Notes: a model not told the origin generated them from the sequence alone. Counted from the first letter of the whole stretch, positions 1 through 13,954 are shown. The stretch: 63,264 nt of DNA, filler included, from Octopus bimaculoides (GCF_001194135.2; 6 parts of 6 records of this genome joined end to end with filler, not necessarily neighbours in it); one strand, 5' to 3'. A program made the numbers and translations.

Positions 1-217
1 CTGTCAGCATTTGTATTCTTTCAGTATAAAGTCGTAGATACCGAAACGAGAGACGTTGATATAAAATTATTTTTATAGTTTCAACCGAACTCTGTGTAGA
101 GTATAGAATATAATACCAAGATTTATCATTCTCGTTTTTGTATTAAAAAAGAAAAAAAAATGTTCGAGACGAGTTTCTAAACACATCATTCAATATTCTA
201 CATCTTTTTTTTCAAAA

Positions 218-346
218 GGCGGCGAGCTGGCAGAAACGTTAGCACGCCGGGCGAAATGCTTAGCAATATTTCGTCTGTCTCTACGTTCTGAGTTCAAATT
301 CCGCCGAGGTCGCCTTATCCTTTTGGTGCTGATAAATTAAGTACTA
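218..346 (+). mobile_element. tRNA-derived SINE, family 1 (ggcggcgagctggcagaaacgttagcacgccgggcg...)
   Basis: Related copies at about 31380-31535(+), 31605-31810(+), 26330-26520(-), 45665-45862(-), 56575-56775(-), 61808-61975(-). Confidence 0.8.
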
Positions 347-760
347 GTTACGCACTGGGGTCGCTGTAATCGCCAATTCAATGAGCGGATAACTCAGTTT
401 GATCAAAGAACTCAATTGTTTGCGTCGAGACCGACAACGATCCATCATATTTACATGCATACACATATACACAAATATGTGCGCAAAAAGATCAGTCAGC
501 TCATGATAACGCACACACATATAAATAGACACACGCTGCACTCATTTGATGATCACGTTAGAAGGACGCTTTGGCATAGGTGGTAAATTGGAAAATAAAA
601 GAGATAACAAAAAAATATTATTAGCCATAATACTTCATTGAAGACATAAAACTACGAGATGAAAAGCGACAAGATAGCATATTGTGTATGTAATTAAATA
701 TTGTCGTCCCAGAGAGAAAACGCGACAGTGAGAGAACAAACGAGTACGATAGATAAATAG

Positions 761-791
<31 letters not shown>

Positions 792-1461
792 GATAGATAG
801 ATAGAGCGAGGAAAGGATATACAGAAGAAAGGCGCATAATGAAACAGAAAAATATTAATGTTAGGTTTCCGGTATAAAATTGTGAGGGCTTTTTGATTTT
901 CTTCCCCACAAATACTATTAATCGTCTCCCATACCAAAAGAATTTTGGTTCAGAACGGTACATAAGAGCTTTTTCATGAGGCGTTTTAAAATAAAAGTAT
1001 TTGAAGTCCTTTACTCGTGGGATGAAGCTTCACTAGTAACCATTTTAATGATATTTTGGCTATTTTTACTTTCCATATATCACAGTAATAACACTGCGGG
1101 AATATATGGCTTTCTGAATGTCTAAACTCATTTTTTACTGCATTTTTATCTGACCTGATATTCGTTCACCCTCGACCTCGTTCTCTTTCTCGAACCGGCA
1201 TCAAAGAAAGGTATATAAATTTCTCCTTAAAAAAGACACAAAATGTACATCACCACTGTGATGTAAATTCTCCCTGTCCATTTATTTACTTCAACTACAA
1301 ATGAGGATAAATTTAGTTTAACATTAACCCGGGCGCCAAAACTATTTTTTAAAAATATTTATTGTTCGCGAGTAATTTATTTTCACAACTGTGTGTGTGG
1401 CAACTTGGTATCTAAGGGAGACAATTTTTTCAGGCAAATATTTAACGTAATAATATTAAGC

Positions 1462-1506
<45 letters not shown>

Positions 1507-1684
1507 TGAGAGAGGTGGGGCGAGAGAGGTGGGAGTGAGAGAGATGGGGGTGAGGAGAGAGAGAGGTAGGTGAGGATAAANNNNNNNNNNNNNNNNNNNN
1601 NNNNNNNNNNNNNNNNNNNNNNNNNNNNNNNNNNNNNNNNNNNNNNNNNNNNNNNNNNNNNNNNNNNNNNNNNNNNNNNNNNNN

Positions 1685-1722
<38 letters not shown>

Positions 1723-3764
1723 TGTGTTAAGTCAAGACTAAGAAAGAAGTCTGATGCAAAAATTAAACGCTATTTCTGTAATGTCTCTTCATGAGGAAAT
1801 CATTGTAACATATATCATAGACGGTAGCAAGACCAAAGTTAACCTGGGACTAAACAAAAGCAGAATCAAAAACTAAGGGTGTTCCAAGGTGCGCCTGATC
1901 TATTGAAATAGCAACCAAATTACATTAAATTAGATCGTACAACCATTGAATAGTGAAGTTGTTGATGCAATATGTTTGAGAAAGAAAGACAAGATAGGTA
2001 GAGATATAATATCTTTGATCACAGGTATATTCAATCAAGGCCAAACAGCAACCTATTCAATAGGCTATCTGCGTGCTATAAATATCAACAAAAGCAAAAA
2101 CATAACCACCACCACCAACAACAACACTGCGGTCACAACAACAATACCAACAAATCTCTATGCTTGACTAGAGCAACATCGAAACTGACGCTAGCACCGA
2201 TACCACTACCGCAACAGTACATATATGTTCGATCATATCAGATCCCAAGGTGGCAACATCACCACCACCAATTCAACAACAACAACAATGACAACAAGAA
2301 ATCCTTTTTTTTTGTTTCAGATCCAGAGATACTTTGAGGTAGAAAAAAAAGAAATGTTAACTTCGACCAAATTTTAATGAAGTAGAGAAAAGGGGAGAAG
2401 TGGTAACTACAGCACTGTATATTATGAGATAGAATTTGTTACGTAAACAACTGTCAATAACCAATGTTTTGCATGCAAGATGTTTGTGTATACATATGTT
2501 TGTGTTGCGTATACGTTATAAATTGTGTGTGTGAACATGTCACTCATTTTGAATATTCTTCCATTTTTTTTTTAAACATACGCTTGTGTCCTTCTTTATT
2601 GCAAATGCGTGATCTCGACGAAATTGTCAAGAGGAATGTGTTTATGCGTTGGAAATATACGCATACATGTTGCATGCACCGAGGTTTAAAGTGTTTACAA
2701 CAGTTGCGTGTGTATTTCAGTTTTTGTATTTACATGTTATTTACGTGCACGCGCTTTTTCTGCGTTGTAGATAAGAATTTTGTGATTTGTAAACGTCGTG
2801 TGATTGAATTCATGTTATTTTTTTGTCGGTATAGGTGTGTGTATTGTGCGTGTGTAATACGTATGTGTCGTGTGTATTTCTATGTAGGTGTGCGCCCGTG
2901 TGTGACGTATATGCGTTGCGCATGTGCGCTCTTTGTGCACTCGTTAAGTCTATGGGTATATTCAAAGGTTTCTGCAGAAGCAAAATGTTTACATCGTATT
3001 GTGTGAGCAAGCGAACGTTAAGATGTAAAGGGAGGGTGAAGGGAAGACTGTTTATTTCTTTTAAAGTAATTTAGAAATGAACAATATAAATTCAAAGAGT
3101 GAAAGTTTTTCCCTGTGTTGACTCATAATTTAATGAAACGAATCCAATCTTAATGGCGACCATATTAAGTGAATAGCTTAGGTTTCCGTTCTCCATCACG
3201 ATCTTCATCAACAATTGAATTTTATTCAAAGTCTAAGATAAGCACATTAACCTCAATATTCATCTACACAAATTTACGCTGAACACACACACTCACACAC
3301 ACTTATACACAAACGAACGTACGCGCGCCCAGGTACACATACATACACACACGAATAAACGCGCGAGCACACACACATATAAATACGGCACACACATGCA
3401 CACATACATACAGAGGCGCACACACAGAATATGAAAAATACATAAATAAACTAACAAAGATGAATATAAGAATTATTTCTGATTTCTGAAGAGGAAATTA
3501 GGAAAATAAAAAGTAAAGAAATTTCAAAAATTAAAAATCAAATAAACCTGAATTCATTATTATTGAATTCCAGACTAATGAGATCTGCCAAAGACGGAAG
3601 CAAGGGGGAAAAAAAGTCTAAAAAATCGAACAAGTGAATTTGATGGGTTTTTTTCTTATAGTTAAGGAGCAGTTTCAATTTTTTCAATCATTTGTTTCTA
3701 ATCTCATAAAAATATTTACATTAGAATTAATAACAACAACGACAAGAACACCATCACCATTACC

Positions 3765-3816
<52 letters not shown>

Positions 3817-4787
3817 GTAATAATATCGTTTCTTTATTCGAGAAAACCTGACAATAAGGGTACGTACCAAGGATAAATAAATGATGCTCGCGGTGACGGC
3901 AGATTGTTCAGAATCGATTATGAAAAAAGGAAAGAAAATAATAAATAAATTTTTCTTCTCTAGGTAAAAGGCCCAACATTTTTGAGGAGAGGGCCAGTCA
4001 CTTAGATCAACCCCAGTACACAACTGATACTTACAATATTCATTCAGGCTCTCTTTGAATTAATTTCGAATTCCGACGAGTATAACCTTTCATAATTATT
4101 AGGTTGATAAATATAGTACCATTGCAGTACCGGGTCGATCCTTTTATTTTTCTTTCTTTCTCCTTGGAAGAAATCTTCTGTTTTCAAATCTGGAGAAGGT
4201 AATCCACCAGCTTTCTAAATGCTTAAGACACACCGTGAATCACAACGCTGTCCCTGTGGATCTGTTAGAATTTGAAATACCAGAAAAAGTTCCCAAAGAA
4301 CTTAGAAAACGGGACCTCATTGTTATAATTGGAAAAGATTGTAATGATTGACATGTGTAGGTTTAATATACATTCAACGGTGAGAGTACGTGCTCAGAAT
4401 ATGCTGTAAGATATAATATTCTGATTGAGAAATATTCTCGCACAGACTACAAGATCTTAAACATTAATAAATAATTAATAATGATGAGTACGTTGATGGT
4501 TTTTAAAGGGCTTTCGTGCGAACATCAAAATGAAACATGCTTCCTTTTATTTTGCACGAAGTGATTATGGTTTAACTAAGTAAATATTAATTAGCGATTA
4601 AAATGATATGCAATAATTAATAGCAGTCTAATTACAAGTAAATCATGGCAATGCCATTGGTATCGTAGCCATAATGAATAATTTAAATATTAATTAGAGA
4701 TACAAAACGATTAGAAACAGTAACCGTTGGGAAGTTGATAATATATATATTTACAGATATCTACCTATCTACCTGTATTACTGTCAT

Positions 4788-4856
<69 letters not shown>

Positions 4857-5404
4857 AAATACGCACACACACACTAATATATACAAACATATGTTTGCGA
4901 CTGCTAACACACACACGCACCGCATGTCACCAAGTAAGAAAAACGATCGCAATAAATTGTGGATTGGATTGTTCTAAAGTAAAATACGCATAAAGTGATG
5001 GTATGCTGCCAACTTAATGTGGCAGTCCCATGAAAGGGAAGAATGCTACTGCTATTTAGCACTAGGAAACACCGTTTCCAGTTGGCCATGAAACATTTTC
5101 TGTGTCCTTATGTTTTCAAAGGGGAGATAAGCATCTCCACCCAGCATAGCCAGCATCCAGAGACTAGTTTCAGAGTCATTGCTCATCATCAGTCTGGAGT
5201 TGCATGGCTTGCAAGATGCCAATGCTTATTTGCCCCTGAAAACATATAGATTTCAAGTGAAATACATTCACTGATTTCACATACATTCACTTTATCGTGT
5301 TTTATGGCAACATACCATCTTTATGTCAACATACCAACACTTTATCGTGCTGCTACTGTATAAATCTCTCTGAGAGATTCAGTAATGTAGTATTTCTAAA
5401 ATAC

Positions 5405-5950
5405 GCATATCACGAATTTCAGATTTCTCGGTAGCATAATGCCAAATGGAACAGAGGATGCGAAAATCCAAATCGCAATGGTAACTCCATTTTGGGGGAT
5501 GACAATGACATTCGACTAAGAACAGGTGAGGAGCAAGCCAGCGACTTTAAGGTTACACAATAACCTTATTTTGCCAATCAAAATCGACGCTTCAGAAATA
5601 TGGATCTTAAAATCGAAGGCAGTCATAATCGAAGATTTGAAATGCGGTGTTCGCAATCTATACTGAAGTTCTTCTATCGAGATTAATGCAGATATAGTTT
5701 TATGAGAGAAGGTTGTTGATACTGAATACACCATTACCAAAATAATCGTAAGGAAGAGGCTGACCTGGTTAAACCGTGTAATAAGAAGTCATTCTATAGT
5801 CGCGAAGAGCAAGCATTCTTCCGAAACTTATCAGAACCTAGGTAACGTGGTGGTCAGTAAAAAACGAGGATCTTCAAGTTTCCACAGAGATAAAGCGTGA
5901 CTTTCACCAACCGTAGCAAGTAGATTATCTGACCGAAGAGGGCGATGGCG
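5405..5950 (+). mobile_element. Decayed RTE-type LINE RT C-terminus
   Basis: NFRFLGSIM, RLHNNLILPI..SEIWIL, FEMRC, RKRLTWLNRVIR, DRRGRW, matching YLGS / YGSETW / RLRWxGHV consensus; several stops and frameshifts. Confidence 0.65.
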
Positions 5951-6033
5951 TTTTATTTTAAATGGAAGGAGACATTAAAAGGCTACAACAAAAGACGCAT
6001 GAACAGACGCACACATGTATGAGAGTACTTGTG

Positions 6034-6071
<38 letters not shown>

Positions 6072-6393
6072 TGCGTGTGTGTGCGTGTGTGTGTGTGCGT
6101 TCATACTCAGTTATACATACATTGACACACATATAAGTAACATTGCACCAAAACAGCAATTCCTTTCAGAACATACCAGGCGAAATAGCTGGGGTTTTTA
6201 GGAATTTGAACTGTCTAATCGCCGTAACAATCTACTCTTGCGTAAGCATCCTCATATCCACTATGTGTGTGAGTGTGTATACGTACATACATACATACAT
6301 ACATACGTACATGCTTTTATATACATACATATATATATATATATATATANNNNNNNNNNNNNNNNNNNNNNNNNNNNNNNNNNNNNNNNNNNN

Positions 6394-6405
6394 TTAATTA
6401 ATTAA
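6394..6405. other. Assembly linker TTAATTAATTAA inside N gaps (also 30978, 46445, 49688, 58226)
   Basis: Identical 12-mer with stops in all six frames, always flanked by Ns. Confidence 0.9.
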
Positions 6406-7518
6406 NNNNNNNNNNNNNNNNNNNNNNNNNNNNNNNNNNNNNNNNNNNNAGAAGAATGGGAGAGGTGGAAGAAGCATAAGGAGAAAAGGATAAGATAATC
6501 AAGAAGAAACAGATGTAGAATAAAAGGAGGAAAAAGAAGAACATCAGCAGCAACAACAATCAGCAGTAGAAGAATAGAATGGAAATGGACGAAGAAGAAG
6601 AAGAAGAAGAAGAAGAAGAAGAAGAAGAAGAAGAAGAAGAAGAAGAAGAAGGATTAGAAGAAGAAGAAGAAGTAAAAAATCAACAACAAGCAGAAGATGT
6701 AGAAGAGGCAGAAAGGAAGATGGATTGGTAGATGAAGACGTTGAAGATGAAGATGTTGATAATAAAAAAGAAGAAGGTGAATAAATAAAAATCCGTTGGT
6801 GTAGGATGGGAAGGAGGAAGAGAAAATTTTGAATTAGAAGACGAACGGCTACATGAGGAAGAAGAAGAAAAAGAGGAAAGAGAAGAAGAGAAAGAAAAGG
6901 AGAAGGGGATGAAGGAGAATACCATAAAGAAGAGGAAAGTGAAAAAGAGAATTAAAAGAAGAAGAGTAAGAAGAAAGAAGAGAAGTACAAGAATGAGGAG
7001 AATGGTGATGGTAATGATGACGACGATGAAGACCTAAGATATTATGATGGTGTCGATGGGGAGTGGAATTTCAGAGGACGGGAAGAAGATGGAGACGAGG
7101 AATAAGAAGGATAGAATAAGAAAGGCAACAACAACAGGAAAGAATGTTTCAATATTAGCGTATGAAACATCTAGGGCTAAATGTACAACTACAATAGTTA
7201 TTCAAGAATTTTATCATATATCTATATAAAGGTAAACACCATGTGTAATGTACACACGTGTTAATACACTCGTATATACTCATCCCTACACATAGACAAA
7301 CGCAAACTTACGCTAAACGCTTCCCCTTATGTATCAGGTTTCCATATATGCAATATCTTACAAATAGGGCCACACTCACATTCACAGAAGTTCACGAACA
7401 ATAAAACGCATGTATAGAAAGACAGTTGTAGGAGCTTAAATTGATGTACGGGAACACATTACAGAATTAGAAAGATATCGTCAACGAAATAATATAAAAT
7501 AGGATTGATACAACTTAC

Positions 7519-7590
7519 AGAGTTGTTAAACTGGAAAGATTTTGGAAAGTTTCTGCAATAATTTCCTTGATTTCGTTATCACCCAATTTC
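7519..7590 (-). CDS. LRR exon L12: KLGDNEIKEIIAETFQNLSSLTTL
   Basis: 72 nt, gtttcag acceptor, CT|gtaagt donor. Confidence 0.9.
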
Positions 7591-8438
7591 CTGAAACATA
7601 AAATTGAGTTAAGAAGAACATTTATGGAAAACATTTGTGAGAGAATATTTAATATTATGTCTACAGAACTGGATGATAGAAGAGATGGACTATAGAATTA
7701 CTATCATGATGAACTTCAAGATGTTGTTGATAATGTTGGATAGGTATGGAAGCAGAAATGAATATGGTGATGAGGCAGAGGAGAAGAAAATATTGTGGGC
7801 GTGTATATGACGAAAGTATTATGATGCTGATGATGGGGGTGATGTTGTTAATATTGATTACTCTGATAATGATGGTGATTAGCAGTTTTATTGTGATGTT
7901 GAACATGATATTTCTATTAATGCTGGTGTTGATGTTCTCTGTTGGTGACGAAGATTACGGCGTTGAAGATTGTGTATCTGCAAAGGCAGGANNNNNNNNN
8001 NNNNNNNNNNNNNNNNNNNNNNNNNNNNNNNNNNNNNNNNNNNNNNNNNNNNNNNNNNNNNNNNNNNNNNNNNNNNNNNNNNNNNNNNNNNNNNNNNNNN
8101 NNNNNNNNNNNNNNNNNNNNNNNNNNNNNNNNNNNNNNNNNNNNNNNNNNNNNNNNNNNNNNNNNNNNNNNNNNNNNNNNNNNNNNNNNNNNNNNNNNNN
8201 NNNNNNNNNNNNNNNNNNNNNNNNNNNNNNNNNNNNNNNNNNNNNNNNNNNNNNNNNNNNNNNNNNNNNNNNNNNNNNNNNNNNNNNNNNNNNNNNNNNN
8301 NNNNNNNNNNNNNNNNNNNNNNNNNNNNNNNNNNNNNNNNNNNNNNNNNNNNNNNNNNNNNNNNNNNNNNNNNNNNNNNNNNNNNNNNNNNNNNNNNNNN
8401 NNNNNNNNNNNNNNNNNNNNNNNNNNNNNNNNNNNNNN

Positions 8439-8600
8439 CTTGCAGATGGGGAAATCGGTCAGTGAGGGGGTTACTAGTGGAAAAAGTACGATGGTGCACT
8501 CAGAGAAGCTCTGGACGTGAGCGAATTCGAACTGAACAGTCTGTTCCAGAGCACGTTTTAGCCGGGGACTATGGATAACTTCCAGAAATCCTTATCGCAG
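8439..8600 (+). mobile_element. Short fragment of the same Tx1/L1-like element
   Basis: gtacgatggtgcactcagag...ccggggactatggataacttccagaaatcc matches 12425-12520 and 19984-20090. Confidence 0.6.
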
Positions 8601-9038
8601 TCATTGTTTTTGTTGTAGTGTATGAAGAAGGATGAGGATGTGGTTGTGGAAGGGGAGGGGAGAAGGAGGAGAAGAGATGTTCAACGGAAAAGAAGAAATT
8701 TAGACAGAGGGATCTTTCTTGTTTAGGAGCAATTGAAGAAGAAATAGAAAAGTGTAAAAGAAATTTATGAGTGGGAAGGTGTAGAAAAATTTAAATGTGT
8801 ATAATGTAATTGACAATATATAATTAGAAGGAAGAGCCATGAATGGTAATCAGCGTTGCTCGAGAGGCAATCATAGTAAATAATAATATATAAAAGGATA
8901 TACAAATCAACTCCATAAGCATCCGATCATACTGAAAGACAGAGACTCACATACATAGAAAAGAAAAGAAAAAAGAAAAGAAAAGAGAAAAAAAAAGAAA
9001 AGAGAAAAAAAAAGAAAAGAAAAGAGAGAAGAAAAGAG

Positions 9039-9089
<51 letters not shown>

Positions 9090-10790
9090 GAAAAGAAAAG
9101 AAAAGAAAAGCAAAACAAAAACAAAAACAAAAACAAAACCACACTCTCTCTCTCCNNNNNNNNNNNNNNNNNNNNNNNNNNNNNNNNNNNNNNNNNNNNN
9201 NNNNNNNNNNNNNNNNNNNNNNNNNNNNNNNNNNNNNNNNNNNNNNNNNNNNNNNNNNNNNNNNNNNNNNNNNNNNNNNNNNNNNNNNNNNNNNNNNNNN
9301 NNNNNNNNNNNNNNNNNNNNNNNNNNNNNNNNNNNNNNNNNNNNNNNNNNNNNNNNNNNNNNNNNNNNNNNNNNNNNNNNNNNNNNNNNNNNNNNNNNNN
9401 NNNNNNNNNNNNNNNNNNNNNNNNNNNNNNNNNNNNNNNNNNNNNNNNNNNNNNNNNNNNNNNNNNNNNNNNNNNNNNNNNNNNNNNNNNNNNNNNNNNN
9501 NNNNNNNNNNNNNNNNNNNNNNNNNNNNNNNNNNNNNNNNNNNNNNNNNNNNNNNNNNNNNNNNNNNNNNNNNNNNNNNNNNNNNNNNNNNNNNNNNNNN
9601 NNNNNNNNNNNNNNNNNNNNNNNNNNNNNNNNNNNNNNNNNNNNNNNNNNNNNNNNNNNNNNNNNNNNNNNNNNNNNNNNNNNNNNNNNNNNNNNNNNNN
9701 NNNNNNNNNNNNNNNNNNNNNNNNNNNNNNNNNNNNNNNNNNNNNNNNNNNNNNNNNNNNNNNNNNNNNNNNNNNNNNNNNNNNNNNNNNNNNNNNNNNN
9801 NNNNNNNNNNNNNNNNNNNNNNNNTCCCTCCCTCTCCCTCTCAAACATTCGAAAAGAATGCGATATTCCTGCGGAAAGCGATTGGGTGTATATGGTGCGA
9901 CAAGGAGGGTGAGAGTATAAAGAAAGCATGGGAAAACATGAAATGTTTAGAATTATATTTTCAATAAAAGAGGATTCGCAGTTTTTGTGGTGATGGTGAA
10001 TATGATATTGTTGATGATGTTCGTGGTGATGTTTTCTGTTGGCAATGGTTTTGGCGGCGTTTATGATTGTGTATGTGGAAAAGAAGAAGAACAACAACAA
10101 CAAGAATAAGAATTTTTACATAAAAAATTAATTGAGGGTGAAAAAGAGTAGTAGTAGTAATCGTGGTAGTATCAATATCTCTTGCTGACATTGCAGATAT
10201 CACAGTCGTTGTTTTTGTTGTACTATAAGAAGGAGGAGGATGTAGTGGCGGAATGGGAGGGGAGAAGGAGGAGGAGAGATGTTCAACGGAAAAGAAAAAA
10301 ATTAGGCAGACGGATCTTTCGTGTTTAGGAGTAATTGGTGAAGAAATAGAAAAGTGTAGAAGAAATTTATCTGATATGAAAGCTGTAGAAAAATTTAAAC
10401 GTGAATAATGTAATTCACAATATATAATCAGAAGGAAGAGCCATGAATAATAATCAGCGTTGCTCGAGAAGTAAACATAAATAATAATATACAAAAGGAT
10501 ATACAAATCAACTCGATACACTCGTATACATTCACTCACACTGAAAGACACAGATTGGCATATGCATTCAGAATCTCATATACATTAAATATCAGAAACT
10601 GACACATAAACACTGTTATTCACACACACACCTTCCCAGACATTCACAAAGAATTGCATATTCCTACGGAAAGCGACTGAGTGTATATAGTGCGTCAAGG
10701 AGAGTGAGAGGGAAAACAAACCATGGAAGACATTAAAAGTTTAGAATTATATTATCAATAAAAGAGAATCAAACAGCTAATACAACTTAC

Positions 10791-10862
10791 AGAGTCGTTA
10801 AACTGGGAAGAGTTTGAAAAGATCCAACTTCTAATTCATTGATATCATTATTATACAACTCC
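10791..10862 (-). CDS. LRR exon L11 (type B): ELYNNDINELEVGSFQTLPSLTTL
   Basis: 72 nt, gttacag acceptor, CT|gtaagt donor. Confidence 0.9.
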
Positions 10863-11766
10863 CTGTAACAAAAAAAGTGAGCCATGAAAACCTGTACAGA
10901 GGACGAAGAATGTGAAAAAGAAGACGATGGTGATGGAGAAGATTATACAAATGACGATGATGATCATGAAGAAGAAGATGAAGAAGAAAACCAAGAAAGA
11001 ACAGAAGAGACGAAAATAGAGAGTAGTGGAGGGCAGAAGAAAATCAAAATGAAGGAGGACGGGCGAAAGTTACAGTAAAACAAAAAATAGGACAAAATGA
11101 AGCGGACTAAGAACATGAAAAAAAAAACTGAGTGCAAAAGGAAAGTTGAAGTAAGATGAAAAAGAAGAAACTGACGAAGAAAAAAGAAGATAAAGAAACA
11201 AGGATAGTAGTAGTAATAATAATAATAATAATAACAATAATGAGAAGAAGAAGAAGGAGGAGGAGGAAGAGAGGGGAAGAGAAGAAGAAGAAATAGAAGA
11301 AGGCGAAGAAGAAAAAGAAGAAATAGAAGAAGGCGAAGAAGAATAAGAAGAAGAAGAAAGAAAGAAAGAATAGCATCCTCAAAACCAATAACATCAACGA
11401 CTAGAAATACATCTAGAACCGTTAAGGTATATTTTTAAAAATAAGCGTATGTATCACCTGGTGCAAAAATATACATATACAAGTGTTATTCAAGGATGTT
11501 ATTTAGCTTCGATCTTCAATTAAACACCGTATGTAATACACATGCATACACTCACATCCATAGATCCATGCACAGAGACATACACATGCATGCACTAAAT
11601 GCCTCCCCTCAAGTATCACGCTCCCATATATCTCACATCGCAGAAATGGGCCTACACTCACATGCATATACATTCATAAAATATAAATTTCATCTATATA
11701 AAGACATTACATATATAGAATGATATCTTCAAAGAAATGTTATAAACGTAGGCTGATTCAACTTAC

Positions 11767-11821
11767 AGAGTTTCCAAACATTCCACCTTTGATTTTCATA
11801 ATATTATTACCGTTCAATTTC
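11767..11821 (-). pseudogene. Defective LRR exon L10 (55 nt), identical to L4
   Basis: Same 17-nt shortfall, intact splice sites. Confidence 0.8.
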
Positions 11822-12004
11822 CTGAAATATAACATTGAGTTAAGAACGTTTATGGATTANNNNNNNNNNCTCACATCGCAGAAATGGGCCTACACTCACA
11901 TGCATATACATTCATAAAATATAAATTTCATCTATATAAAGACATTACATATATAGAATGATATCTTCAAAGAAATGTTATAAACGTAGGCTGATTCAAC
12001 TTAC

Positions 12005-12076
12005 AGAGTTGTTAAACTGGATAGATATTGGAAGGTTTCTGCATTGATTTCCTTGATTTCGTTATCACCCAATTTC
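12005..12076 (-). CDS. LRR exon L9: KLGDNEIKEINAETFQYLSSLTTL
   Basis: 72 nt, ttccag acceptor, CT|gtaagt donor; identical to L3. Confidence 0.88.
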
Positions 12077-12224
12077 CTGGAACATAAAATTGAGTTAAGA
12101 ACATCTATGGAACAAATGTGTGAGAGAATATTTAATATTATGTCTACAGAACTAGATAACTGGAGAGATGGAATGTAGATTATCATCATTATGAACTTCA
12201 TGATGAGGTTGTAGATCATGTTGA

Positions 12225-13150
12225 GCGGTGGAGTTGAAAGGTGAACTGGTGTAGTCCCCCTTTGTCAAACAGGTACTTCCGCCGCTCCTCTCCTTAACTG
12301 AGCTGCAGTCCTAGGTCAAGGGCGACTGGCATCTGGAGTGTTGCCAAGCACTCACTAATCTCTTTGAAAATGTATCAGTGGAGTAACAACTCTTGAATTC
12401 TATAAAGGGTTAATGGTGAGAAACGTACGATGACACACTCGGAGAGGCTCGGGGTGGAACTGACCAGTTATTCCCAGAGGACTTTTGAGCCGGGGACGAT
12501 GGATATTTTCCAGAAATCCCTTGCTTGGCAAGCAATTGTTCAGTGTCATGCATTACAGACTTGTGGAGATATGTTGAACAGTTGTTGTCACGTGTAGGGT
12601 GGATCTGACTATCGGCCGATTCGATAATGAAGATCGACACGCCGCCTGCTTTGGCAAGGAAGCGCAGGCAATCGTCCCCTGCCTGGTAAGAGTAGCGAAA
12701 GAGTTTGTGCGTTGGACCACGTTGCAAGGGATGAACACAGACTTTTCTCTTCCACCGACCTTCATCAACTTCTACAGATTTCCATTGGAAAGAAGATGAA
12801 CCTGGAGAAAGATGTGATGACCTCTGTACACTTTCAGAAATTAGTGTGAATGTTGCAAAAGTGACCCGTGTGAGTGGACCTACTCTCATAATGCGTCTAT
12901 AGGATGGTGAATTTGAGAAGAGGAGTACCCTTCCAGAGTACCAACGATGCAGCTGTGATTGAGGATTAGGGGGTACCTGAACCAACACTGGGTGGTCATC
13001 ACCCCTATTTGGGGAAATTTCATTGTAATATGTTGTTGTGCCATGTTTTTGTTTTTAGTAATTGTTTACACGTTGTTTTGTGAAAAATCACCACTGTCCC
13101 CGTCTACTATATTGCCCTTATACGTTGGTACTAGTAGCCAATAAATGAAA
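12225..13150 (+). mobile_element. Tx1/L1-like LINE 3' fragment in LRR gene intron (antisense)
   Basis: Broken frames read DLWRYVEQLLSRVG.., CLVRVAKEFVRWTTLQG, resembling Tx1-type ORF2 C-termini; ends AATAAATGAAA then a simple-repeat tail. The clade call is from recall. Confidence 0.65.
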
Positions 13151-13882
13151 TTCATCTTCTTCTTCTTATTATTATTATTGTTATTATTATTTTTATCATC
13201 ATCATCATCATCATTATTATTAATTTTATTTGAAATAGTAGTAGTATCTTTTGATGCTGTTGCAGTTGTTGCTGTCGATGTTTTTCTTGTGGTAGAGGAA
13301 CAAAGGGGAATGTGTGCTGGTTGAAAAGGAGGGGTTAGAAAGAGGAGCAAAAGAAATGTTCAGAAGGAGAGAAGAAATTTATGCAGACACATCTTTTGTG
13401 TTTAGGAGTAAATAATCAAGAGATAGAAAAGTGTAAAATAAATTACTCTGAGTCGGAAAGTGTAGAACACTTTTAAACATGTGTAATGTAATTCACAATA
13501 TATGATTAGAACGGAGATCCATGAATGGTAATCAGCATTGATCGAGAAGTAAACATAATAAATAATATACAAAAGGATGTACAAATCAAATCGATACACT
13601 CGTGTACATTCACTCAGACTAAAGAGCACATACATACGCAAAATAATATACGTTATCAGAAACTCATATTCACACACAATGACACAGACACGCGTATACA
13701 CACAAACACACACAAACACACTCCTTCTCAGACATTCACGAACAGTTGCATATTCCTGTGGAAAGCGACTGGGTGTATAAAGTGCGTCAAGTAGAGGGAG
13801 TTAAAACAGAGATCATGAAAAGAGATTAAATGTTTAAAATTATTTTGTCAATAAAAGAGAATTAAAAACTAATGCAACTTAC

Positions 13883-13954
13883 AGAGTCGTTAAACTTGGA
13901 AGAATCTGAAAAGATCCAACTTCTAATTCAGTGATATCATTATCAAACAACTCT
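13883..13954 (-). CDS. LRR exon L8 (type B): ELFDNDITELEVGSFQILPSLTTL
   Basis: 72 nt, gttacag acceptor, CT|gtaagt donor. Confidence 0.9.

Noticed and set aside
4904-5089. Possible LRRCT or terminal exon of the LRR gene
   Set aside because: No NPWxCxC-type motif; the Cys residues come from a (TG)n repeat.
6394-6405. Recurrent TTAATTAATTAA motif (five copies)
   Set aside because: Always inside N runs; an assembly linker.
12410-12988. 192-aa minus-strand ORF as a coding exon of the LRR gene (lectin or GPCR domain)
   Set aside because: It is the antisense of a Tx1/L1-like fragment; the paralogue at 20157-20429 is interrupted and there are no convincing splice sites or domain motifs.
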